Virus record (IMG/VR): IMGVR_UViG_3300020463_002162
Strand: one strand, 5' to 3'
DNA length: 64,000 bases
Origin: an uncultured virus (IMG/VR IMGVR_UViG_3300020463_002162)
Taxonomy: Duplodnaviria; Heunggongvirae; Uroviricota; Caudoviricetes
In this document: positions 50,221 to 58,742 of the stretch, piece by piece
How positions within the stretch are numbered: position 1 is the first letter of the stretch
Layout of the letters: each line of letters starts with the position of its first letter
Notes under the pieces: generated by a model
The model's database searches: none
Told to the model about the DNA's origin: nothing
Seen by the model: the letters and a program-made list of their open reading frames with translations, nothing else
Made by a program: the position numbers and the translations under genes

Positions 50221-51162
50221 ATGATAATTAAAGATTTCCAAACATTTCTTAACGAGAAAACTGGAGGGCTTCACAAAGCCATAATGTGTGTTTCTAAAAC
50301 TATATCAGATTTCGATTATGTAACGAATGATGGTATGTATACTAGAAACTACATGACTCTATTCTCAAAGGGTGATGATGCATTCAAAGCTGATGTGCCG
50401 GTACTTAATTTCTGTAATATCCACACACAGAGATTACTAGATGCTGGTACACCTAAGGATCTAATCTATAATCCTAAAGAAAAGAAACAGGAAATTGCAT
50501 CAAAGGTTCGTTGGCATGATATTCACAAAGACAGCAAATTTGTGCCTAAGACTGTGTCAGAACCAGAAGATATAGATCAGTTAAAATTCCCTATCATAGC
50601 AAAACCAGATAACAGATACTCTGGTATGGGTATTCAAAAGTTTGATACTCTAGAAGATGCTAAGAAGGCGGATCTTTCTGATTTTGAAATCTTCAGCGAG
50701 AAGATAGACATCGATGAAGAACATAGAATAATTATGTGGAGAGGTGAACCTGTGCAATGGGTACAAAGAGTCCATGGCAACAAGGAGACCAAAGAGATGA
50801 CAAAAAAGAAAGAAGATAAACTCTATTTTAAATATGTGTTAAAGAACTTAGATAAAATGCCAGAGGAATGGAATGAAGTATTTCAGGAAATGAATAAGGC
50901 ACATGAAGGCTTAGACATATATTCAATAGACTTGGCGGTTGACACAGAAGGTCAGCCACATGTAATAGAGATGTCCTCAGAGTTTGCTCCTCTCTATGGT
51001 GTAATGGCATTTATCTACAAAAAAGTCTATCAGGATTATTACAATAAAAAACTACATTCTACTGAAGAAGAGCAGATAGATATGTACCAAAAGAAAGACA
51101 TTGACTCAACTTTGAGTTTTAACAAAAAGTTTAAAAACAGATTTAGCGTAGACAATGGGTAA
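50221..51162 (+). CDS. ATP-grasp (RimK-like) protein with a capsid-targeting-like N-terminus
   Basis: FPIIAKP...SGMGI, EHRI, YSIDL, VIEMSS; N-terminus MIIKDFQTFLNE. Confidence 0.7.
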   Translation: MIIKDFQTFLNEKTGGLHKAIMCVSKTISDFDYVTNDGMYTRNYMTLFSKGDDAFKADVPVLNFCNIHTQRLLDAGTPKDLIYNPKEKKQEIASKVRWHDIHKDSKFVPKTVSEPEDIDQLKFPIIAKPDNRYSGMGIQKFDTLEDAKKADLSDFEIFSEKIDIDEEHRIIMWRGEPVQWVQRVHGNKETKEMTKKKEDKLYFKYVLKNLDKMPEEWNEVFQEMNKAHEGLDIYSIDLAVDTEGQPHVIEMSSEFAPLYGVMAFIYKKVYQDYYNKKLHSTEEEQIDMYQKKDIDSTLSFNKKFKNRFSVDNG

Positions 51163-51394
51163 ACCAAACTATCAATGCATGCACATTAGTATCTGGGTGC
51201 ATCACATGCATATAGATCCACTATTTGATTTCCTGAATGGTAGGATTAAAGAAGCGCCGGATTGGTATCTGAGCGAGTCTAAATGCCCAGAGTCAATAAC
51301 TGGAGGTTATGTTGAAATAACACTTTCTTTTGAAGCATATTCATTACTTTCTTCCCATAAAGACTGGGAGGCTTCTGCAGGTTGGATGACTTAA
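51155..51394 (+). CDS. Hypothetical protein
   Basis: 79-aa ORF overlapping the previous stop. Confidence 0.6.
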   Translation: MGKPNYQCMHISIWVHHMHIDPLFDFLNGRIKEAPDWYLSESKCPESITGGYVEITLSFEAYSLLSSHKDWEASAGWMT

Positions 51395-51527
51395 AACAAA
51401 AATTATGAGAAAAGGTAACAGGACAGACTACCTATTAAACTACAAAGGCAAGAAATTTAAAGCTAACAGTTTCGTAGGATTAATCTGGAAGTTTATTAGA
51501 AACAAATAAAACTTCGAACGTATAACT

Positions 51528-51558
51528 AACCGTCTAAGGTAACTTAGGCGGTTTTTTA
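51528..51558 (+). terminator. Intrinsic terminator abutting an AAAC-N17-TATAAC promoter
   Basis: AACCGTCTAAG-GTAA-CTTAGGCGGTT followed by a T-run. Confidence 0.8.
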
Positions 51559-51579
51559 GTATTTAAAGGAATAAAAGGT

Positions 51580-52311
51580 ATGTACACACTAGACGAATTA
51601 AAACAGATGATATTCATCGACATTGAAACAGCAACTCAAAAAGAGACGTTTCAAGAAATTATTGACGAGAACCCAGAACTCGAACAATACTGGAACTTAA
51701 AGACTATGCAACTGGTACAAAAGAACCCAGTTGAATTATCAGAATTTGAAGACCCACACAAAATGTGGCCTAGAATGGCTGGACTTAACCCAGAGTGGGG
51801 TAGAATTGTTTGTATCTCTATTGGTCAATTACAGTTTGACGAAACAGGCTTTCCTAATGGTTTTAAGGCTGTCTCATTCAACGGAGAAGACGAGAAAGAT
51901 ATTCTTAAACAATTTTGCGAAATGTCCTCTAAGATTATGCAGAAATACCCAGGAATGAAATGGGTAGGTCACTTTATTAAAGGTTTTGATATGCCATACA
52001 TTATTAAGAGAGCTTTGATTAATGGTATATCAGTCCCATCACATTTTCATCTACACAAACAAAAACCTTGGGAAAACTGTTTACTCGATACTAAAGAGAC
52101 TTGGCAATTCGGAGGATGGGACTCTGCAAAACTAGGACTTATCTCAGAAGTTCTAGGCATCCCTTCTCCAAAAGACGCTATGTCAGGTTCAGAAGTATCT
52201 GAGTATTTTTGGAATAATAGACACGAAGAGATAAAAACTTATTGTGAGAAAGATATTAAGGCTACCGCAAATGTCATATTAAAGATTGCAGGCCTGCCAA
52301 TATGTCACTAA
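51580..52311 (+). CDS. PolB-type DEDDy 3'-5' exonuclease
   Basis: FIDIET, KGFDMP, LDT, YCEKDI. Confidence 0.88.
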   Translation: MYTLDELKQMIFIDIETATQKETFQEIIDENPELEQYWNLKTMQLVQKNPVELSEFEDPHKMWPRMAGLNPEWGRIVCISIGQLQFDETGFPNGFKAVSFNGEDEKDILKQFCEMSSKIMQKYPGMKWVGHFIKGFDMPYIIKRALINGISVPSHFHLHKQKPWENCLLDTKETWQFGGWDSAKLGLISEVLGIPSPKDAMSGSEVSEYFWNNRHEEIKTYCEKDIKATANVILKIAGLPICH

Positions 52312-52367
52312 AGAATTGGTAAACAGTGACATATCGTCACTAAAATTGCTTTGGCATACTTTTTTCA
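52295..52367 (+). promoter_or_regulatory. Twin TG(A/C)CA-N3-(T/C)GTCA boxes plus a sigma54-like -24/-12 element upstream of hsp20
   Basis: TGCCAATATGTCA at 52295, TGACATATCGTCA at 52327, TGGCATACTTTTTTCA at 52352. Confidence 0.5.
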
Positions 52368-52414
52368 CTATTAGTATTGTGCATAAGCACATAAAACTAA
52401 ATAAAAATTAAAAC

Positions 52415-52798
52415 ATGTATTTAACAAATTTATCAAAACTAAACAATCAACTAGATGCTTTTGATGGTATCTTCGATTCATTCTTTAATTTCCCTAACAC
52501 TAGACCATCTACATGGACTACGATTAACTCTTTTGGAACTGACTATAGAGTAAATGATAATTCTCTAGAACTTTCTTTACCTGGTTTCACAAAGAAAGAG
52601 ATTGATATTGCCGTAGATAATGGTATTCTAACTATTTCTTCAGATGTAAAAGAAGAAGGTTTTAGACAATCATTCAATAAATCATTTAGATTGCCTGCTA
52701 CTATTGATACTGATTCTATTTCAGCTTCAATGAAAGATGGTATTCTAACTATTGATTTTAAAAGAACTGATAACGTTAAGAAAATTAACATCAAATAA
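52415..52798 (+). CDS. Small heat-shock protein (Hsp20)
   Basis: LPGF.K.EI.I, F.KSFRLP, A.MKDGILTI. Confidence 0.92.
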   Translation: MYLTNLSKLNNQLDAFDGIFDSFFNFPNTRPSTWTTINSFGTDYRVNDNSLELSLPGFTKKEIDIAVDNGILTISSDVKEEGFRQSFNKSFRLPATIDTDSISASMKDGILTIDFKRTDNVKKINIK

Positions 52799-52866
52799 TT
52801 ACAAAATAGTTGCCAAAAAGTTTTCCAGTGTCAGATTTTTTTATTATATTAGTACTGTAATTAAAA
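52799..52866 (+). promoter_or_regulatory. Early promoter element, copy 4
   Basis: Near-identical to 12621-12688. Confidence 0.8.
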
Positions 52867-52882
52867 ATCAAACTAATAAATT

Positions 52883-53017
52883 ATGTGGAATATACTATAT
52901 TTTGACTACGGTAAAGAAATTATTGACACTGCCGAAACCTTTAAAGAAGCCAAATACTTGCTAAAAGAATACAAGATGGCTTTCAAATCTAATAACCTTA
53001 AAATATCAAGAGCCTAA
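52883..53017 (+). CDS. Small early hypothetical protein (44 aa)
   Basis: MWNILYFDYGKEIIDTAETFKEAKYLLKEYKMAF...; follows the promoter element; TAATG overlap with the next gene. Confidence 0.65.
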   Translation: MWNILYFDYGKEIIDTAETFKEAKYLLKEYKMAFKSNNLKISRA

Positions 53018-53313
53018 TGGAAGACAATTTTAACATCGACGACTATATTAACGATCCAGACTTCGAGCAGAAGATGGAGAACTATAAAGAAAAAATGATT
53101 CATGAGGCTATTGAACACAACTATGAGAATATGTCCAAGAATGGTATCTCAGATTGGCATGTAAGACACATGAACAAAGATGAGATGACTCAGCTAAAAG
53201 AAACTCTCCAGTTTATGATGACACACTTCTTAGAATACGAAGAGTATGAAAAGTGTACTTTGATGAAATCTGAGCTGGAAAAGGTTAATCGGATATTAGA
53301 GAAGGTGTCTTAA
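53017..53313 (+). CDS. Small protein with a C-terminal UVR-like motif
   Basis: HFLEYEEYEKCTLMK. Confidence 0.75.
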   Translation: MEDNFNIDDYINDPDFEQKMENYKEKMIHEAIEHNYENMSKNGISDWHVRHMNKDEMTQLKETLQFMMTHFLEYEEYEKCTLMKSELEKVNRILEKVS

Positions 53314-53323
53314 GATATATAAC

Positions 53324-53400
53324 TTAACGCACTACCATAACGGCGGTGCGGGCCCCCGAAATGAACCCGTAGGAAATCTAGTATTTCCGCGGGTTTTTTT
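53324..53400 (+). ncRNA. Candidate small structured RNA
   Basis: GATATATA at 53314, then a GCAC..GTGC hairpin and a long AACCCG.GGAAAT..ATTTCC.CGGGTT hairpin with a T-run; no ORF. Confidence 0.4.
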
Positions 53401-53415
53401 ATTGATATATAATCT

Positions 53416-53970
53416 ATGAAATACGTATTAACATTGGAAAAGTACAAAGCATATAAAGACTTTGAGCGCATGCGTGGTAACTGGGGAAGTCCTGTAGACA
53501 TGCGTGCTGATGTAGAATTCTGTTTAGGCAGATTACTACCTAAGGATAATCTGATTAAAAACATTGAAGATCAGTCTTCAGATAAAGGTATTAAATTCTT
53601 TGTTCAATTAAAAGGCGGTGACCACCTCCACATGTACAAAGTATCTGACTGGCAAAGATCTCCAGAAGATGGTTGGGAATACTACTTCAATAAGAAGAAA
53701 ATGTCCTACTATGATTTATACAAAATGCTAGAAGATGAGTATCAATCTAAGCTAGAACAATTCCTAAAGTATTTTAAGTCCTATGACTTCTATGCACAAT
53801 ATATTGATGATGGTCGTCAGTGGAAAGCTGCTACTGCAAACAATGATAGATTAGTAGACAGATACAAAGATCTTTCAAAATCAGAGCAGAAAAAAGCTAA
53901 AAAAGAAATTCTAAAACATTTCAAGTCTAAGGAATTAAGACCCGATGTGGATAGAGTTTTCCCAGGATAA
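53416..53970 (+). CDS. Hypothetical, putative internal head protein
   Basis: N-terminus MKYVLTLEKY; upstream GATATATAATCT-ATG. Confidence 0.75.
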   Translation: MKYVLTLEKYKAYKDFERMRGNWGSPVDMRADVEFCLGRLLPKDNLIKNIEDQSSDKGIKFFVQLKGGDHLHMYKVSDWQRSPEDGWEYYFNKKKMSYYDLYKMLEDEYQSKLEQFLKYFKSYDFYAQYIDDGRQWKAATANNDRLVDRYKDLSKSEQKKAKKEILKHFKSKELRPDVDRVFPG

Positions 53971-53971
53971 T

Positions 53972-54310
53972 ATGAAGTATCTAAACACATTTGAGTCTTT
54001 TGTAAATGAAGGAAGACCTTTCTTTCAAGAAACACCTAATGAGTTTGCTTATTTAGATTTTAAGAAATGGGCTTACAAGAAAAGAGGTGATATTAAGAAG
54101 AGACTAAAAGATATTGATGATGGTTCATTCTTCTTTATAGAACTTAAGAAGGTTTGGATGGACTGGGCAAACAAGAACGCTAAGCAATGGAGTTATGTTC
54201 ATTCAACACCAGTTGCTGAGAAAGACTTTGGTAGAGCTCTAGCAGCTATGATGAAAGATGATAATTTAATTATCAAAAAAGCTGGTAATAAACTTACAGA
54301 TCTAAAGTAA
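53972..54310 (+). CDS. Hypothetical, putative internal head protein
   Basis: Start reassigned to MKYLNTFESFVNEG. Confidence 0.75.
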   Translation: MKYLNTFESFVNEGRPFFQETPNEFAYLDFKKWAYKKRGDIKKRLKDIDDGSFFFIELKKVWMDWANKNAKQWSYVHSTPVAEKDFGRALAAMMKDDNLIIKKAGNKLTDLK

Positions 54311-54564
54311 TGAAATATCTACAATTATTTGAAGACTTTGCAAAAGATGAACCTGAATTAGAAGTAATTAGACAATTCAAAGGTTCTATTCAAGATCTGG
54401 ATGACTGGCTCAAATCAAAGGTGGGTGAAACAAACCCATACAAAGACACTATAATGGTTAACGGTCCCCATGTTGGACAGAAGGATAAATCAATTCCTTA
54501 CCAAGATTTCCAAAATGGAGAGTCCGATTTAATAAAGAATAGACATGGACGAAAAGACAGCTAA
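54310..54564 (+). CDS. Hypothetical, putative internal head protein
   Basis: N-terminus MKYLQLFEDF. Confidence 0.7.
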   Translation: MKYLQLFEDFAKDEPELEVIRQFKGSIQDLDDWLKSKVGETNPYKDTIMVNGPHVGQKDKSIPYQDFQNGESDLIKNRHGRKDS

Positions 54565-54715
54565 AGAAATAGCAAAACAACTTAAGAGAATTGCAGATGC
54601 AATGGAAGCACAAGGTAAACGTGATATTCTTGGAGAGAAGAGAAGAGCTAAGTTAGAGTCTTTGCAAGTAATAGATATTCGTAAAAGAAACAATTCTAAA
54701 TCTGATATAGAGTGA
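54545..54715 (+). CDS. Small hypothetical protein (56 aa)
   Basis: MDEKTAKEIAKQLKRIADAME...; GTGA overlap with dnaJ. Confidence 0.65.
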   Translation: MDEKTAKEIAKQLKRIADAMEAQGKRDILGEKRRAKLESLQVIDIRKRNNSKSDIE

Positions 54716-55509
54716 GCCACTATGCAACTTTAGGTGTAGACAAAACAGCAACTCAGTCAGAAATCAAAAAAGCTTATAGAAAACTGTGTATAGTTCACCA
54801 TCCTGATAAAGGAGGTGATGAGAACAGATTTAAAGAAATTGCAGACGCTTATGCTGTAATTGGCGACGAACAGAAGCGCCAACAGTATGACGCTGTACAA
54901 GATAATCCGTTTGCCAACTTTGGAAACATGGGAGGCATGGACGGTAACTTCGGTGATTTATTCAATCAATTCTTCGGTCAACAACGTCAACAAGCACGTG
55001 GTAGTGATATTAGAGTTGATATGCATATCACATTTTATGAAGCATTTCATGGATGCACAAAGGTGTTTCAGATTAATGGTCAAGAACATACCATTGATTT
55101 GAAGCGTGGTGTCAGATCTGGACAGAGGTTCAGACTAGCTGGCAAAGGTCAAGCACATCCTTTCAACACGCAACTTCCACCTGGAGATTTATTCGTAACA
55201 ATACATGTACAACTTAATAGTGAGTATATACTAGAAGGAAACAACGTATGGGTAGAAGTTACGCTTCCATGGTTTGAAATTATGTCAGGTACAAAAGTAA
55301 CAATCAACTCACTGGATGGACCGATTTCGATAACAGTACCTGAAGGAACTGCGCCCGGTAAGGTGTTAAGAGTAAGAGAAAAAGGATGGCCAGACTATGA
55401 TACGCAAATAAGAGGAAGTTTATTGTGTAAAATTAATCCTAGCTATCCTGAACTAAATGAGCAACAACTCGAATATATAAAGAAAGTATATCAAAACAAA
55501 AATGGATAA
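54712..55509 (+). CDS. dnaJ: DnaJ/CbpA-type co-chaperone without Zn finger
   Basis: HYATLGV, IKKAYRKL, HHPDK, GDL, C-terminal DnaJ domain. Confidence 0.92.
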   Translation: MSHYATLGVDKTATQSEIKKAYRKLCIVHHPDKGGDENRFKEIADAYAVIGDEQKRQQYDAVQDNPFANFGNMGGMDGNFGDLFNQFFGQQRQQARGSDIRVDMHITFYEAFHGCTKVFQINGQEHTIDLKRGVRSGQRFRLAGKGQAHPFNTQLPPGDLFVTIHVQLNSEYILEGNNVWVEVTLPWFEIMSGTKVTINSLDGPISITVPEGTAPGKVLRVREKGWPDYDTQIRGSLLCKINPSYPELNEQQLEYIKKVYQNKNG

Positions 55510-55780
55510 ATTCTTTAGAAAGAACCGTAATAGGTTATTTAATTCGAAATGGGACATAATTATTGAAGGCCTAATGGTTAACAATAAGCCTGCTTTTTTT
55601 GCTGCTCTTTACCAAGCCATGATGGAACATCCGACATACGTCATTCTATCAGATATGCCAGTTGAACGTAAAATACAAATTTTGAGTAATATGTTACAGT
55701 ATTATGAAGAGAAAGAAGATTACGAGAAATGTGCAAAATTAGTAAAAATGCAACAGCAAGTAAATTCAGATATATGTTAA
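55502..55780 (+). CDS. Small protein with a C-terminal UVR-like motif
   Basis: YYEEKEDYEKCAKL. Confidence 0.75.
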   Translation: MDKFFRKNRNRLFNSKWDIIIEGLMVNNKPAFFAALYQAMMEHPTYVILSDMPVERKIQILSNMLQYYEEKEDYEKCAKLVKMQQQVNSDIC

Positions 55781-55968
55781 TAGTAAAATTAAATAAGAAA
55801 ACAAGTATAGAAAAGGCTCTTAAGCAGCTTAAGTCAAAAGTAATAAGGACTAAGCAAATGCGAAAGCTAAGAGATTTAAAACAATTCACAAAACCTTCAG
55901 AGAAGAAAAGGCTACAAATACAGAAGGCCAAATATATTCAGCAAATTAGAACGAAGGAACAGCAATAA
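55774..55968 (+). CDS. rpsU: Ribosomal protein bS21, Bacteroidota-like
   Basis: MLIVKL...SIEKALKQLKSK...LR...FTKPSEKKR..IQKAKYIQ; start reassigned to ATG 55774. Confidence 0.88.
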   Translation: MLIVKLNKKTSIEKALKQLKSKVIRTKQMRKLRDLKQFTKPSEKKRLQIQKAKYIQQIRTKEQQ

Positions 55969-56050
55969 AAAATATAGGATTAACTTAATATCCTAATAAT
56001 TTTCCATCTAGATATTAGCTATCTGGGATGAGAGCTCTAAATATATAATC

Positions 56051-56347
56051 ATGGTTGACCTAACTATAAAAAGACCAACAATTAAGATGAGTGGATATAT
56101 CTCCAACACAGATAAAGATTCTCTTATGAGAGCAAGTTATTATCAGATAACTAGAAACTTTACTAAGACAGTAAATCGTTTTGTTGCTTTTAAAGATGAC
56201 GATAGATTGATTGAGATTCCACATGGTATTGGTCAACGATCAAAATTTATAGACTTAATGGTTAAATACTTTGAGTCGCTTGAAGAATATGAGAAGTGTA
56301 ATAAGCTAATGAAGCTTAAAGATCTGGTCATAATGGCTGGTGACTAA
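56051..56347 (+). CDS. Small protein with a C-terminal UVR-like motif
   Basis: YFESLEEYEKCNKL. Confidence 0.75.
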   Translation: MVDLTIKRPTIKMSGYISNTDKDSLMRASYYQITRNFTKTVNRFVAFKDDDRLIEIPHGIGQRSKFIDLMVKYFESLEEYEKCNKLMKLKDLVIMAGD

Positions 56348-56360
56348 AAAAAATTAAACT

Positions 56361-57044
56361 ATGGCAAGAACCTCTAGAGCAGCATCAATTGGAGCTGGGT
56401 TGAAAAGAGTTCAACTAAGACCTAATCAAAGAAATTATGTCGATACAATAAACAAGAATGATATTACATTCTGTTACGGACCAGCTGGAACATCAAAAAC
56501 ATTTACAGCTTGCTTTACAGCGCTGCAGATGTTACAAGAAAAGAAGATTAAAGAAATAGTGTTGTGTAAACCAATCCAAGAAGCGGGTGAAAAACTTGGA
56601 CATTTACCGGGAGACATTCATGATAAAACGGATCCCTACATGAAATCTTACAAATCTAATATAGAAAAGATAATTGGAGCTGAGCTAACTAAAACCTTAT
56701 TTGACAAAAGAATAATTCGATTCGAACCACTAGCCTATATGCGAGGAGATACTTTTGACGATGCCTTAATGATTCTTGATGAAGCACAGAATGCAACATA
56801 CAAACAGTTGATGTTATTTGTGACAAGAATGGGTAAGTCAAGTAAGGTGGTAGTAACTGGAGACGTAAGTCAAGCTGATATTGCAGCTTCACAGGTAAGT
56901 CTACCAGGTTTCATAGAGTTATTAGAAGGTGTGAAAGGAATTGACACACATATATTTACAGAGTCAGATATAGTTAGAGCTAAAATACTACAAGAGGTTG
57001 TGGCTAGGTATGATAAATGGAAAATTCAAAACAACATCAGATAA
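56361..57044 (+). CDS. phoH: PhoH-family ATPase
   Basis: GPAGTSKT, GEKLGHLPG, LAYMRG.T, ILDEAQN, TRMG, GDVSQ. Confidence 0.95.
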   Translation: MARTSRAASIGAGLKRVQLRPNQRNYVDTINKNDITFCYGPAGTSKTFTACFTALQMLQEKKIKEIVLCKPIQEAGEKLGHLPGDIHDKTDPYMKSYKSNIEKIIGAELTKTLFDKRIIRFEPLAYMRGDTFDDALMILDEAQNATYKQLMLFVTRMGKSSKVVVTGDVSQADIAASQVSLPGFIELLEGVKGIDTHIFTESDIVRAKILQEVVARYDKWKIQNNIR

Positions 57045-57496
57045 AGATTCGTAAAGCAACTTACGACGACTTAAACTCTATTTGTGATATTTACACGGAG
57101 GCTTTTAAAGGTAAGACTCTACCATCTACTAGACAGTGGTGGAATATATTAGATGACAAGAACATTCATTACTTCGTGGCAGAGCAACATGGAGACGTTG
57201 TAGGAGCAGCTTCATTTATTACAATTAACAAACTAATTAGAGGTGGTAACCGAGTAGGCATGATTGAAGATGTGGCAGTGTCAAAGTATGCAGGTTCAAG
57301 AGGTATCGGTTCTATGTTAATTGAAAGACTAAAAGAACTAGCCATAGAAAAGGGATGTTACAAAACCATTCTTAATTGTTCTGAGGAAAACATAGGCTTC
57401 TACAAGAAATGTGGCTTCTACCAAAAAGAAGTTCAAATGAGATGGGACAGACCACCAGAATTCGCTCCTGGCAATAGAAACAAATCACTATTCTAA
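57017..57496 (+). CDS. GNAT acetyltransferase, glucosamine-6-phosphate N-acetyltransferase-like
   Basis: KLIRGG..G.IEDVAV, RGIG, GCYKTILNC, FYKKCGF. Confidence 0.85.
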   Translation: MENSKQHQIKIRKATYDDLNSICDIYTEAFKGKTLPSTRQWWNILDDKNIHYFVAEQHGDVVGAASFITINKLIRGGNRVGMIEDVAVSKYAGSRGIGSMLIERLKELAIEKGCYKTILNCSEENIGFYKKCGFYQKEVQMRWDRPPEFAPGNRNKSLF

Positions 57497-57520
57497 GGTA
57501 TAACAACTAAAGTTATATCT

Positions 57521-58147
57521 ATGTCTAAACAAATAATTCTAAGACACAGTCACACAAACAATCCTAGTACTATTGAGGTTGGAGTTGATGAAGCAGGTAG
57601 GGGAGCGTTAGCAGGACCAGTCACAGTAGCGGCTTGTATTATGCCGTATGGTTTTCAACATGAATTAATCAAAGATTCTAAACTCTTAAATGAAGGTCAA
57701 CGTACAGAAGCTAGACAAATGGTCTTAGATAACTGTTTAGCATACTCCATTCAACACGTAAATGTAGAAGAAATAGAAAACACTAACATTCTCAAAGCTA
57801 CCTTAGAAGGCATGAGAAGAGCTTTGGAGGACTGTCAAACTAGACAAGACTTTCAGTTTATTCTAATAGACGGCGATCAATTTCATGGTTTCGATGGTAA
57901 ACCTTTCGAGACTGTAGTTGGTGGAGATAATACTTATGTCAGTATTGCAGCAGCAAGTATTCTGGCAAAAACCGAGAGAGATAACTATATGAAGTCGCTT
58001 GAAGGTGGTAACGTATATGGTTGGGGTTCTAACAAAGGTTATGGAACTAAACAACATATCACAGCTATCAAAGAGTCAGGCGCAACAAAACACCACAGAG
58101 ATTCATTCATCTCACATTTACTAACCACGACAAGTCAATTATTTTGA
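57521..58147 (+). CDS. rnhB: Ribonuclease HII
   Basis: GVDEAGRG.LAGPV, DSK, LIDG, SIAAASILAK, NKGYGT. Confidence 0.95.
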   Translation: MSKQIILRHSHTNNPSTIEVGVDEAGRGALAGPVTVAACIMPYGFQHELIKDSKLLNEGQRTEARQMVLDNCLAYSIQHVNVEEIENTNILKATLEGMRRALEDCQTRQDFQFILIDGDQFHGFDGKPFETVVGGDNTYVSIAAASILAKTERDNYMKSLEGGNVYGWGSNKGYGTKQHITAIKESGATKHHRDSFISHLLTTTSQLF

Positions 58148-58488
58148 GAGGATTAATTCTTGGAATGCTCCTCTTCCTAGGAGGGCAAATTCTAATATGG
58201 TTTCAAACCAACGGACAATTTCTAAGCAAATGGGCAAAAGACCATCCATGGATAATGTCCATAGTCGGTGGTACTATGATTTCATATATGTTTATCAAAG
58301 CTACTGCTCTAATTGCTGCACACTATAATGGTCTATTATGGCCAGGTAGATTCATTGGCTTCTCAATGGGTATTACCTCTTTCGCGTTCTTAACTTGGTG
58401 GTTAATGGGCGAAGGTATTAATATGAAAACAACAATCTGTGTGATTCTAGCAGTGGCTATTATCAGCATTCAACTCTTTTGGAAATGA
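58144..58488 (+). CDS. Four-TM small membrane protein (DMT/SMR-like topology)
   Basis: Four hydrophobic segments in 114 aa. Confidence 0.7.
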   Translation: MRGLILGMLLFLGGQILIWFQTNGQFLSKWAKDHPWIMSIVGGTMISYMFIKATALIAAHYNGLLWPGRFIGFSMGITSFAFLTWWLMGEGINMKTTICVILAVAIISIQLFWK

Positions 58489-58742
58489 AACTACCCTGGC
58501 TAGAAAAGAAACCAGATAAACCTACATTTGTAGCAGTTTACAAAAAACAAAAGACTAGTAACAAACACTATATGATTGTTACTGATATTCACGCTGACAT
58601 TTTAATTAATGGCAGAGCAACAAAACCTGTTATAGACCACAAGTACGAAATTGTCGAACTTGGAATGGGTTCTTCATTTATTGAGCTATGGTCTAAGAAG
58701 TATAACATTAACAAACCTAAAGTGGTAAGCAAGTATGGATAA
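58479..58742 (+). CDS. Hypothetical protein
   Basis: ORF within the operon. Confidence 0.6.
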   Translation: MEMKLPWLEKKPDKPTFVAVYKKQKTSNKHYMIVTDIHADILINGRATKPVIDHKYEIVELGMGSSFIELWSKKYNINKPKVVSKYG

